DNA of 51,993 bases from Patescibacteria group bacterium (GTDB taxonomy: Bacteria > Patescibacteriota > Patescibacteriia > UBA9934 > GWF2-40-263). Under the pieces are notes generated by a model that had not been told where the DNA came from, did no database searches, and was given only the letters and a program-made list of their open reading frames with translations. This document shows, piece by piece, positions 1-6,898 of this stretch. Position numbers and translations under genes: made by a program. The stretch covers positions 1-51,993 of the forward strand of contig JAHJAM010000012.1 of assembly GCA_018814025.1 (NCBI GenBank), read 5' to 3'. Within the stretch, counting starts at the first letter, position 1. The number at the start of each line of letters is the position of its first letter.

Positions 1-348
1 ATAAGTACCGCGCGGCACGGCTGTTATGCGCACAGTGCCTTGGTTTTTGTCCATTTCGAAAAATTGAATGGCATCGCAATGCCCAGCGGTTTGCCCGGCT
101 CGGCTGTCCAGGCCAATGAGGAGGATGCGGACTAGGCCATCTTCGCCAAACGGATCAGCGTCCAGATCTTCTTCCAGCGCCTGGGTGCGGCGGTTGTCCA
201 TGATTTGCTTGATGGCGGCCGGGGTTTCTTGAGCGCCCTGGACCTGGGGATGAGGCAAACCGAAAAAAAGCAGGCCATAAATGAAGACTGCCAAAGCCAC
301 GAGGAAAATGGCGGGTATCAGAACAGTGCGCAATTGCCGGATTTTCAT
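1..348 (-). CDS. LCP (LytR/CpsA/Psr) family protein, N-terminal part; the gene runs off the window edge
   Basis: A reverse-strand ATG at 348..346 opens MKIRQLRTVLIPAIFLVALAVFIYGLLFF (TM anchor), then VRILLIGLDSRAGQTAGHCDAIQFFEM...VRITAVPRGTY, which is a typical LCP-domain start. It is absent from the ORF track because the window edge truncates it. Confidence 0.6.
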   Translation of the reverse strand, partial: MKIRQLRTVLIPAIFLVALAVFIYGLLFFGLPHPQVQGAQETPAAIKQIMDNRRTQALEEDLDADPFGEDGLVRILLIGLDSRAGQTAGHCDAIQFFEMDKNQGTVRITAVPRGTY

Positions 349-478
349 AAGACCGCAGAAGTTGGTGGTGATTCAGGATGGTGTGTCTTGCGTAATATAT
401 ACATTTTTGTTATTATTCGTCCACAATTCAATACCCTGAAGCGACGAATCAAGTGAGTTTTAGGGATTTGATACATAT

Positions 479-573
479 TCCGGGGTAGCTTCAGCCAAAG
501 GCTGATCAGCCTCCGGCTGACAGTGGCAGAGCAGTGCCAGCCAAAGGCTGGCCAGCCTCCGGCTGGGACTGTT
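479..573 (+). pseudogene. Degenerate duplicate of the 5' half of tRNA-Asn (tRNA positions 1 through the third anticodon base), interrupted by two 30-nt inserts
   Basis: TCCGGGGTAGCT (479-490), CAGTGGCAGAGCAGTG (521-536) and GACTGTT (567-573) together are identical to nt 821-855 of the intact tRNA downstream. There is no 3' half. Confidence 0.75.
491..566 (+). repeat. Two copies of a 30-nt double-hairpin element (491-520 and 537-566)
   Basis: Copy 1 is T-CAGCC-AAA-GGCTG-A followed by T-CAGCC-TCC-GGCTG-A. Copy 2 is C-CAGCC-AAA-GGCTG-G followed by C-CAGCC-TCC-GGCTG-G. The only differences are the closing pairs, T:A changed to C:G, in both hairpins. Confidence 0.8.
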
Positions 574-855
574 CAATAATAAGTATGTTCAGCGTTTATG
601 TTCTTCGCAGTACAACCAATAATAAGCGATATGTTGGTTTTACTTCGAAGCCAGTAAACGAAAGGCTGGCGGATCATTTGAGTGGATCGAATCCTTGGAC
701 AAGAAGGAATGGCCCATTCAAGATAATTTATCAAGAACTGTTCGAGGATAAGACCACAGCTATTCGCCGCGAACACTTTTTAAAAAGTGGTCAAGGACGA
801 AAATGGCTTGATGAAAATATTCCGGGGTAGCTCAGTGGCAGAGCAGTGGACTGTT
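574..855 (+). mobile_element. Putative GIY-YIG cassette inserted at the tRNA-Asn anticodon loop, carrying a replacement tRNA 5' half at its right end
   Basis: Homology between the upstream half-tRNA copy and the intact tRNA stops exactly after anticodon GTT (573 and 855). The intervening 282 nt are essentially one GIY-YIG ORF plus the 35-nt tRNA 5' half. Confidence 0.4.
585..830 (+). CDS. Small stand-alone GIY-YIG nuclease-domain protein (UPF0213/YhbQ-like), 81 aa
   Basis: MFSVYVLRSTTNNKRYVGFTSKPVNERLADHLSG...RREHFLKSGQGRKWL carries the GIY (VYVL) and YIG (RYVGFT) motifs plus the R..E core. ATG 585 is preferred over the track start at 534, which reads through the hairpin repeat. The TAG stop (828-830) lies inside the tRNA acceptor stem. 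Confidence 0.8.
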   Translation: MFSVYVLRSTTNNKRYVGFTSKPVNERLADHLSGSNPWTRRNGPFKIIYQELFEDKTTAIRREHFLKSGQGRKWLDENIPG

Positions 856-895
856 AATCCATTGGTCGTGGGTTCGAATCCCACCCCCGGAGCCA
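821..895 (+). tRNA. tRNA-Asn (anticodon GUU), CCA encoded
   Basis: Hand-folded cloverleaf. Acceptor stem TCCGGGG/CCCCGGA, D-stem GCTC/GAGC, anticodon stem GTGGA/TCCAT with loop CTGTTAA, T-arm GTGGG-TTCGAAT-CCCAC, discriminator G, then CCA. Total 75 nt. Confidence 0.93.
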
Positions 896-899
896 AGAG

Positions 900-932
900 A
901 ACTCGAACTGTTAAAGGTTCGAGTTTTGTTTT
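900..932 (+). terminator. Intrinsic terminator after tRNA-Asn
   Basis: Stem AACTCGAAC / GTTCGAGTT with an 8-nt loop, followed by TTTTGTTTT. Confidence 0.7.
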
Positions 933-978
933 ATACTTCATTCACAGGTAACAATTAGATAATTTTTCCATCAGCGAT

Positions 979-1173
979 ATGAATATCCCAAAGTTCGTAA
1001 TGGCCATTTTGTTAATCATTCCAGGTGCATTTATGATTTGCGATAGTGTTTTAGCTTGGCTTGGGAATGAAGTTATTTTTTTCGATGGCGTAAACACTAA
1101 ATTCGAGTTGGTTGTCGGTTTTGCCTTGATATTTCTAGGGGCGTCAAATATGGATTCAAAAAATAACGATTAG
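979..1173 (+). CDS. Hypothetical small membrane protein (64 aa)
   Basis: ATG start, two hydrophobic segments, and a terminator hairpin at 1204-1234. Confidence 0.4.
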   Translation: MNIPKFVMAILLIIPGAFMICDSVLAWLGNEVIFFDGVNTKFELVVGFALIFLGASNMDSKNND

Positions 1174-1203
1174 TCCTGAACTTGTTCAGTATCCGGAACC
1201 GAG

Positions 1204-1234
1204 AAAACCGATCTGTTAGATCGGTTTTATTTTT
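1204..1234 (+). terminator. Intrinsic terminator
   Basis: Stem AAAACCGATCT / AGATCGGTTTT with a 3-nt loop, followed by ATTTTT. Confidence 0.65.
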
Positions 1235-1280
1235 CTGTCCCAGATGACGCGGGGGCGGGCGAGTGCTATGATATTTGCAT

Positions 1281-2249
1281 ATGAAACAAGAACATTCTTC
1301 AGCCAAAAGTTCGGCCAAAGACGTTTTCTCCTACTTGCTCATGATTATCATGCTGTACGTGGGGGTCATCAGTTTTATCGCCGTACTGTGGCAGTACATT
1401 AACGTGCGCCTGCCGGATCCGCTGCAATTTTACTATAGCGGGGCCACGGAAATTATCCGGACTTCGATTTCTTCACTCTTAATCGTTTGGCCGGTCCTGA
1501 TCTTTGTGACTTGGCTGATTGCCCGGGATATTCGGCACGAGCATGACAAGCGGGATGTCTGGATTCGCAAATGGTTATTGTATTTGACCCTGTTTATTGC
1601 GTCCTTAACCATCATTATCGATCTGATCAACTTAACCAATAGTTTCTTGGGCGGGGAATTGACCATGCGTTTTGCGCTCAAGGTCTTGGTGGTGCTGGTG
1701 GTCGCGGCCGCGGTTTTTTCTTACTACCTGTGGGATTTGCGGCGCGATCCGGTCAAGACGACAAAAGTGACGCGTTTCGCGGCCGCGGGCAGTGTGCTGG
1801 TGATTTTGGTTGCGATTGTTATGGGTTTTTTCGTGGTGGGCTCGCCCTCACAACAGCGGGCGCGGCGCCTGGATGAACAGCGAGTTTCTGATTTAAGCTC
1901 AATTCAAGGACAGATCCTCAACCATTGGGTGCAAAAAGGAACTTTGCCGGCTGACTTGGAAGCGCTCAAGGATCCGCTTTACGGATATGAAGCCCCCTTG
2001 GATCCGGCTACGAATCAACCCTATGAGCTCGCGGTGCGCGGGGAACTGAATTTTACCCTGTGCGCGACTTTTGACACGGCTTATGATCCGTCCGCGGGCG
2101 CGACCGATCGATATTATTACGAATCGCCGGTGTACCCGGTCGGGGGCAAGGGCATGGATATTTGGACGCATGATCAAGGCCGGACTTGTTTTGAGCGAAC
2201 CATTGATCCGCTGCTGTATCGCCAGGAAGAACCCTTACCAGTCAAATAG
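1281..2249 (+). CDS. Multi-pass membrane protein, DUF5671-like N-terminal region with a pseudopilin-like C-terminal ectodomain
   Basis: The first ATG is at 1281; the track start at 1275 is TTG. There are 5-6 TM helices. The C-terminus (GTLPADLEALKDP...DPATNQPYEL...FTLCATFD) resembles the globular part of type II/IV pseudopilins. The DUF assignment is from memory. Confidence 0.6.
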   Translation: MKQEHSSAKSSAKDVFSYLLMIIMLYVGVISFIAVLWQYINVRLPDPLQFYYSGATEIIRTSISSLLIVWPVLIFVTWLIARDIRHEHDKRDVWIRKWLLYLTLFIASLTIIIDLINLTNSFLGGELTMRFALKVLVVLVVAAAVFSYYLWDLRRDPVKTTKVTRFAAAGSVLVILVAIVMGFFVVGSPSQQRARRLDEQRVSDLSSIQGQILNHWVQKGTLPADLEALKDPLYGYEAPLDPATNQPYELAVRGELNFTLCATFDTAYDPSAGATDRYYYESPVYPVGGKGMDIWTHDQGRTCFERTIDPLLYRQEEPLPVK

Positions 2250-2255
2250 GCGAAT

Positions 2256-2717
2256 ATGAAAAACCAAGTAATTTCATTTTTACTGCTGAGCTCCTGCCTC
2301 GTCCTGACTGGCGGAGGTTGTTCTGAAGGATTGCCAGAAGATCAGCAGGTTGATTATGATCAGGATGTTAAGCCGTTGATCGAAGAAGTTTTTCCCAATA
2401 ATGCCGTGGCCGGCAGCTGCAATATGATTGAGTCCGGCAGCCACTGTTTGGATTACATTGGGTCATACTGGAATGAACAGGCCATGAAATTGAATTGTGA
2501 AGGCGCCGGAGTTTGGAGCTCAAATACTTGTCCTTATAGTGAAAACGGCGGCTGTCGAGGCACGGCCGGCACGATCATGGACACGGTGCTCTGGTCCTAC
2601 CCATACGGAGGCGATCCGATTACCGGCGAGAATGTTTATTATGAGGCCATGGCCTGCAATTCAATTCCGGCCGCGCAATGGATTATGCCGGATGATTTGC
2701 TGGCACCCAGCAATTAG
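2256..2717 (+). CDS. Secreted Cys-rich lipoprotein, hypothetical
   Basis: Signal peptide with a lipobox (LVLTGGGC). Seven further Cys residues. Confidence 0.6.
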   Translation: MKNQVISFLLLSSCLVLTGGGCSEGLPEDQQVDYDQDVKPLIEEVFPNNAVAGSCNMIESGSHCLDYIGSYWNEQAMKLNCEGAGVWSSNTCPYSENGGCRGTAGTIMDTVLWSYPYGGDPITGENVYYEAMACNSIPAAQWIMPDDLLAPSN

Positions 2718-2792
2718 CTGCTCGCTTCAGTGAACAGTAACCTGGCTTATGAATTAAGCGGCTTTCGGAGATGTGGATTTGTTGATATCATA

Positions 2793-2885
2793 ATGAAAGA
2801 AACTATTAATCATCAAAATATGGCCAAAGGCAAAAATGCGCGGAAAGAAGTTAAGAAGCCTAAGAAGGATGCGAAGAAGAAGTAA
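2793..2885 (+). CDS. Possible small basic protein (30 aa, MKETINHQNMAKGKNARKEVKKPKKDAKKK)
   Basis: A short ATG ORF in an otherwise empty 210-nt gap, directly followed by a strong hairpin terminator. No homology is claimed. Confidence 0.3.
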   Translation: MKETINHQNMAKGKNARKEVKKPKKDAKKK

Positions 2886-2895
2886 GTAGCTGAAA

Positions 2896-2934
2896 TAAAA
2901 CCCCCCGGACGATTTTTAGCCGGGGGTGTTTTTA
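2896..2934. terminator. Bidirectional intrinsic terminator
   Basis: Stem CCCCCGG / CCGGGGG flanked by an A-run and a T-run, between convergent genes. Confidence 0.7.
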
Positions 2935-4389
2935 TTTGATCAGTTTATCCAGGTCGAGCGTGCTGTCGAAGCGGATTTGTTTGACGAAGTCGGCGGCGTG
3001 GCTGACCACGATCAGGCAGCCTTCATAGTCGTTTAAGGCTCGGGCAATGACCGGCAGATGGCGGAAGTTGATGTGGTTGGTCGGTTCGTCGAAGATCAGG
3101 AGCCCAGGTTTCTGTAGGACGAATCTGGCGAAGCAGAGCAGGCCTTTTTGCCCTTCCGAGAGCGCGCCCACCGGCGTGGCCAGAGCGTCGCCGTTCAGCA
3201 GGAATTGGGCGCCGGTTCGACGGATGACTTCGTTATCCGGCTCATCCATCATGGCCGCCAGTGAGGCGTAAGCGGTTTCGGTAAAATCTAAGCCGGAAAA
3301 GTCTTGTTTGTAGTAGCCCACTTTGACTCCGTCGGCAATCGCCGCTTCCGGGTTGTTTCCCTCAGCCAAGGCTCGGAGCAGCGTGCTTTTGCCGATGCCA
3401 TTTGGTCCGGTTACCAAGAGGTGGTGTTGGCGTCGAAGCGTGAGATCAACTTTGGCTTGATGCGGTTCGTGGTCGATAATCACTTTGACTCCGGAGATTT
3501 CAACAATTGGTTGAGTGAAAGGTTGGGCTGGAATTTGAAAATCATTGATGGTGCGATCGTCGCGACGAACGCCGACCATGTTTTCTTCCGCCTCGGCCAC
3601 TTCATCGCGAAGTTTGCTGGCCAGTTTGCGCATCTTGCCGCCTTTGTGGGCAAAGAAGTTGACTTTGTCTTTGCGATCTTGAATGGTTTTGAGCAACTGC
3701 GCATTTTTGGCGCGATCGCGTTCGACTCGGGCCGCGATTTCTTCAACCACGTCTGAATAGTTGCCGTCGTATTTTTCCACCAGCCCGGTGTAAACGTCCA
3801 AGTGCAAGACGCCTTCGGTGAAACTATTTAAAAAATCAGCATCGTGGGAAATCACTAAAACGGTTTTTGGGTACATGATGAGAAACATCATGAGATGATC
3901 GATACCGTCACGATCGAGATTGTTGGTCGGCTCATCCAGCAGAAGAATATCCGGCTCTTGAATCAGGGCATAAGCCAGCAACAGACGGGCTTGCTGGCCG
4001 CCGGAAAGATCTCCGACTGGCCGATCAAGCGGAGTAGAAAAGTTTACGACTTCCAGGACATCGGCAATCCGCTTGTCCAGATTGTAGGGTACTTTTTTGA
4101 AAACACCGGCGAAATATTCTCGGACGGTTTGGGTTAGGTGCTCGCGGGCCATCACTTGTTTGGCCGTGGCAATCGTGGCGCCGGATTTAAGATGGATGCG
4201 GCCGCGCACGGGTTTTAACTCGCCGGTGATCAGTTTGAACATGGAACTTTTGCCGGCGCCGTTTTGCCCCATGAGCGTGTATTTCACATTTTCACGCACG
4301 GAAAAACTGGCCTCTTTCAAAATGAGGTTATCTGAGCTATAGCCGAAGGAGACTTCTTCAAAGCGGATGACGACCTGACTTTGTTCCAT
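2932..4389 (-). CDS. ABC-F family ATPase (two ABC cassettes, no TM domain)
   Basis: Two Walker A motifs (GQNGAGKSS, GPNGIGKST), signature motifs LSGGQQ and LSEGQK, Walker B motifs LLLDEPTNNLD and LIFDEPTNH, and a charged inter-domain linker. Confidence 0.9.
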   Translation of the reverse strand: MEQSQVVIRFEEVSFGYSSDNLILKEASFSVRENVKYTLMGQNGAGKSSMFKLITGELKPVRGRIHLKSGATIATAKQVMAREHLTQTVREYFAGVFKKVPYNLDKRIADVLEVVNFSTPLDRPVGDLSGGQQARLLLAYALIQEPDILLLDEPTNNLDRDGIDHLMMFLIMYPKTVLVISHDADFLNSFTEGVLHLDVYTGLVEKYDGNYSDVVEEIAARVERDRAKNAQLLKTIQDRKDKVNFFAHKGGKMRKLASKLRDEVAEAEENMVGVRRDDRTINDFQIPAQPFTQPIVEISGVKVIIDHEPHQAKVDLTLRRQHHLLVTGPNGIGKSTLLRALAEGNNPEAAIADGVKVGYYKQDFSGLDFTETAYASLAAMMDEPDNEVIRRTGAQFLLNGDALATPVGALSEGQKGLLCFARFVLQKPGLLIFDEPTNHINFRHLPVIARALNDYEGCLIVVSHAADFVKQIRFDSTLDLDKLIK

Positions 4390-4440
4390 AAAACGCGGGT
4401 TGTATCAGATGATGGCTGATTTAGTTATCCCAGAGCCGGA

Positions 4441-4716
4441 TCAATCGATTGGACTGATGGGGGATGGCGCCTGGGAATCCAGGAGTTCCTCTTTTTCATT
4501 TTTAGAGAGTTTTTTGATCCGAGCTTCTTCTTTTTTGGCTGATGATTCAGAAAATCCGCTTTGTGACCAAACAAGCTGGCAAGGACCGCGGGCTCGGGTG
4601 TATTTGGCCCCGGTTCCGGAATTGTGTTGCTTGATTCTCGCTTCAAGATTTTTGGTTATCCCGGTGTAGAGCGAGTTGCCTCTGCAGCGTAGAATGTAGA
4701 CCTGCCAAGAATTCAT
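4441..4716 (-). CDS. Small stand-alone GIY-YIG nuclease-domain protein (91 aa)
   Basis: MNSWQVYILRCRGNSLYTGITKNLEARIKQHNSG...AKKEEARIKK. The ATG is at 4716; the track start at 4737 is TTG. Confidence 0.8.
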   Translation of the reverse strand: MNSWQVYILRCRGNSLYTGITKNLEARIKQHNSGTGAKYTRARGPCQLVWSQSGFSESSAKKEEARIKKLSKNEKEELLDSQAPSPISPID

Positions 4717-4730
4717 TTGAGGATCATGTT

Positions 4731-4764
4731 TAATCAATAAACCACCCCGATTTTCAGGGTGGTT
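4731..4764 (-). terminator. Hairpin terminator downstream of the CxxC gene
   Basis: Stem AACCACCC / GGGTGGTT, with a T-rich tract on the minus strand. Confidence 0.5.
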
Positions 4765-4778
4765 ATTGCGGCCTGAAT

Positions 4779-5093
4779 TTATTCAAAGCTTAATTCGTCG
4801 TCGTCACCGTCAGCGTCCGGATCCTGGCTTAAGGCTTCGATGATCATGTCCATTTTTTCGTTCAGGGCTTTTAACTGTCTGGCCACATCATCATCGTGGC
4901 CGCGCGGCGCACTGCGGAAGGACGGCTTTTCATAGCGGTCGGTTCGGTCAAAGCGCTGACCGCCGGAGCGCGGGCGCGTGTCTCGGCCTTCTTTTCTGCG
5001 GAAGCATTCGAAACAGAGAACCGGTTGCTGGCCAGTGGGTCGGAATGGGACTTCGCAGGGCGAATGGCACTGGTCGCAAGTGGCTGGGTGCAT
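4779..5093 (-). CDS. CxxC-x17-CxxC zinc-ribbon domain protein. As assembled it starts at an internal Met, and the frame is open upstream to 5237.
   Basis: MHPATCDQCHSPCEVPFRPTGQQPVLCFECF is the family signature, and the gene sits directly downstream of a DEAD-box helicase, as is typical. See the frameshift finding. Confidence 0.75.
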   Translation of the reverse strand: MHPATCDQCHSPCEVPFRPTGQQPVLCFECFRRKEGRDTRPRSGGQRFDRTDRYEKPSFRSAPRGHDDDVARQLKALNEKMDMIIEALSQDPDADGDDDELSFE

Positions 5094-5109
5094 GGGGGGC
5101 TTTCCACCG

Positions 5110-5186
5110 CGCGGGCCGCCGAACTTGCTGCCGCCACGCGGGCCGCCGAACTTGCTACCGCCACGCGGGCCGCCGAACTTGCTGTC
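5110..5186 (-). repeat. About 2.9 tandem copies of a 27-nt coding repeat (SKFGGPRGG)
   Basis: Units at 5110-5136, 5137-5163 and 5164-5186 (partial), with 1-3 mismatches. Confidence 0.85.
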
Positions 5187-5243
5187 GCGGCTGTTATTCT
5201 TTCGATCCCCAGAGTTATTCTTATTAAAAAAGTTTTTTCATAA

Positions 5244-6539
5244 TTATGCTGATCGGCGCCGTTTGGATTTATTTGGTCCGAAGCGTCGGTGCGAGTTTGA
5301 TTTATTTCGTTTAGGCGTGAAGGGGCGATGGCGACCGTGGCGGTTGGGCCGAGGCTGGCCCGGCGGCTTGGCTCCGTGATCGCCGGCGGGCGCGGCTTTT
5401 TCCAGCTTGATCATTTTTCCGGTCGCGGTTTTGATCGGGATCGTGATGTTGATCAGTTTTTCGATCTGCTGGATATCTCTTTTTTGCGCGGGCGCGGCAA
5501 AGGAAATGGCTTTGCCGGATTTGCCGGCGCGGGCTGTGCGGCCGATGCGGTGCACATAATCCTCAATTTGGTCCGGCAGATCATAGTTCAACACCAGCTG
5601 GACATCCTCCACATCAATGCCTCGGGCCGCGATGTCGGTGGCCACTAAGATGCGGTGCTTGCCGGTGGCAAAGCCTCTAAGGGCGTTTTGGCGCTGGCTT
5701 TGCGATCGGTTGGAATGGATTTCATCCGCGCTATGGCCCATTTGGCGAATTTTGCGCGCGATTTTGGTGGCGCCATGCTTGGTGCGGCTGAAGATTAGGA
5801 CCGAGCCTTTATATTCTTCCAAGATTTGTTCTAAAAGATCCATTCTTTCCGTGCGCTGGACCATGATAATTTCTTGATCGACTTTGTCGGCCGTGGTGCC
5901 GGATTTGGCCACCTCGATGCGCAAGGGTTTCTTCATGTATTGATTGGCGATGGCCGCAATGGCATCGGGCATGGTGGCGGAAAACAGCATGGTTTGGCGA
6001 TCCTTGGGCACGACCGTGAGAATGCGCTTGAGCTGGGGCGCAAAACCCATGTCCAGCATGCGATCGGCTTCGTCCAAGATCAGAATGCCGACATTGGAAA
6101 GATTGACGCGTTTTTGCTCGAGGTGATCGATCAAGCGACCGGGCGTGGCCACGATCACATGCGGCTTGGCCTTGAGCTGGCGAATTTGCGGCTGCGGGTT
6201 GATGCCGCCGATGATTAAGGCGGTGCGCAAGCCCACGGCGCCCGCGATCTTGCGAAAAGTTTCTTCCACTTGCACGGCCAGTTCGCGGGTGGGCAACAAG
6301 ACCAGTCCGACTTGCTTGGTGGTGCCGATGTGCTGGAGCACGGGAATGGCAAAAGCCAAAGTTTTGCCGGAACCGGTTTGGGCGATGCCCACCACATCTT
6401 CGCCGGCCGTGGCCACCGGAATGGCTTTGAATTGGATCGGGGTGGGGTGGTCAAAACCAAGCGCGGCAATGCGTTTGAGCAAGCCTTGGGAAATTCCCAG
6501 GCCCTGAAAGTCTTGTTGTTTGAGTTCATTTCTAGACAT
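5244..6539 (-). CDS. DEAD-box ATP-dependent RNA helicase with a basic C-terminal tail
   Basis: Q-motif region, AQTGSGKT, PTRELA, DEAD, SAT, HRIGRTARAG, and an Arg/Lys-rich tail. Confidence 0.93.
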   Translation of the reverse strand: MSRNELKQQDFQGLGISQGLLKRIAALGFDHPTPIQFKAIPVATAGEDVVGIAQTGSGKTLAFAIPVLQHIGTTKQVGLVLLPTRELAVQVEETFRKIAGAVGLRTALIIGGINPQPQIRQLKAKPHVIVATPGRLIDHLEQKRVNLSNVGILILDEADRMLDMGFAPQLKRILTVVPKDRQTMLFSATMPDAIAAIANQYMKKPLRIEVAKSGTTADKVDQEIIMVQRTERMDLLEQILEEYKGSVLIFSRTKHGATKIARKIRQMGHSADEIHSNRSQSQRQNALRGFATGKHRILVATDIAARGIDVEDVQLVLNYDLPDQIEDYVHRIGRTARAGKSGKAISFAAPAQKRDIQQIEKLINITIPIKTATGKMIKLEKAAPAGDHGAKPPGQPRPNRHGRHRPFTPKRNKSNSHRRFGPNKSKRRRSA

Positions 6540-6677
6540 GAATGCCTTAGACTATCCTGTTTTAGCGGATATGTCAATTAATTTAGCCTAAAATTGTCTT
6601 TCAAGAGCGGTTCGTATTATGTCGGGATTGATGATAAGCTTAATAAAAGAGCCTAATTCACCGTTAAATCATCATTT

Positions 6678-6830
6678 ATGTCAAAGTGTCCGTTCTGCAA
6701 ATTGGAGGTTAATTTGGACAGCGTACAGAGAGAAAAGAAGGGGATCGGTATTTTCAAGCAAGAGACCTTGTACTACTGCCCGCATTGCCAATCAATCTTG
6801 GGCTTTAGCCGGGGGAAGTATACAAGTTAG
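6678..6830 (+). CDS. Small zinc-ribbon protein (50 aa), hypothetical
   Basis: MSKCPFCKLEV...YYCPHCQSILGF has two CxxC pairs, an ATG start, and is followed by a terminator. Preferred over the 72-aa track ORF in another frame. Confidence 0.5.
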   Translation: MSKCPFCKLEVNLDSVQREKKGIGIFKQETLYYCPHCQSILGFSRGKYTS

Positions 6831-6839
6831 GAATTAAGA

Positions 6840-6870
6840 AAACACCGACAAGTTCGGTGTTTTTTGGTAT
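6840..6870 (+). terminator. Terminator hairpin fused to an extended -10-like box (copy 1 of a 31-nt repeat)
   Basis: AAACACCGACAAGTTCGGTGTTTTTTGGTAT(AAT). Stem ACACCGA / TCGGTGT, then T6, then TGGTATAAT. Confidence 0.7.
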
Positions 6871-6898
6871 AATCAGATGAAATATTTTTTAATGTTTT

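Noticed and set aside
491-566. Two 30-nt palindromic repeats separated by 16 nt, considered as a mini-CRISPR
   Set aside because: There are only two copies. The 16-nt 'spacer' is simply the D-arm and anticodon-stem segment of the duplicated tRNA-Asn, and no cas genes are in the window.
534-584. The N-terminal extension of the GIY-YIG ORF given in the track (start at 534)
   Set aside because: It reads through the second hairpin insert and tRNA-derived sequence (MPAKGWPASGWDCSIIS). The GIY-YIG domain starts right at the in-frame ATG at 585.
574-820. A group I intron carrying a GIY-YIG homing endonuclease in the tRNA anticodon loop
   Set aside because: The downstream tRNA copy is complete and uninterrupted. 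The roughly 250-nt interval is almost entirely ORF, which leaves no room for a ribozyme core. The upstream 'exon' is disrupted by inserts and could not form a tRNA after splicing.
5104-5190. Tandem 27-nt repeats that could be mistaken for a CRISPR-like array
   Set aside because: The units are directly adjacent with no spacers. There are only about three of them, and they lie in an open reading frame encoding SKFGGPRGG repeats. They are a coding low-complexity repeat, not a CRISPR array.
6619-6837. The 72-aa track ORF in the gap after the helicase gene
   Set aside because: Its sequence is featureless. A different frame contains a 50-aa ORF with two CxxC pairs that ends at the terminator, which is more plausible.
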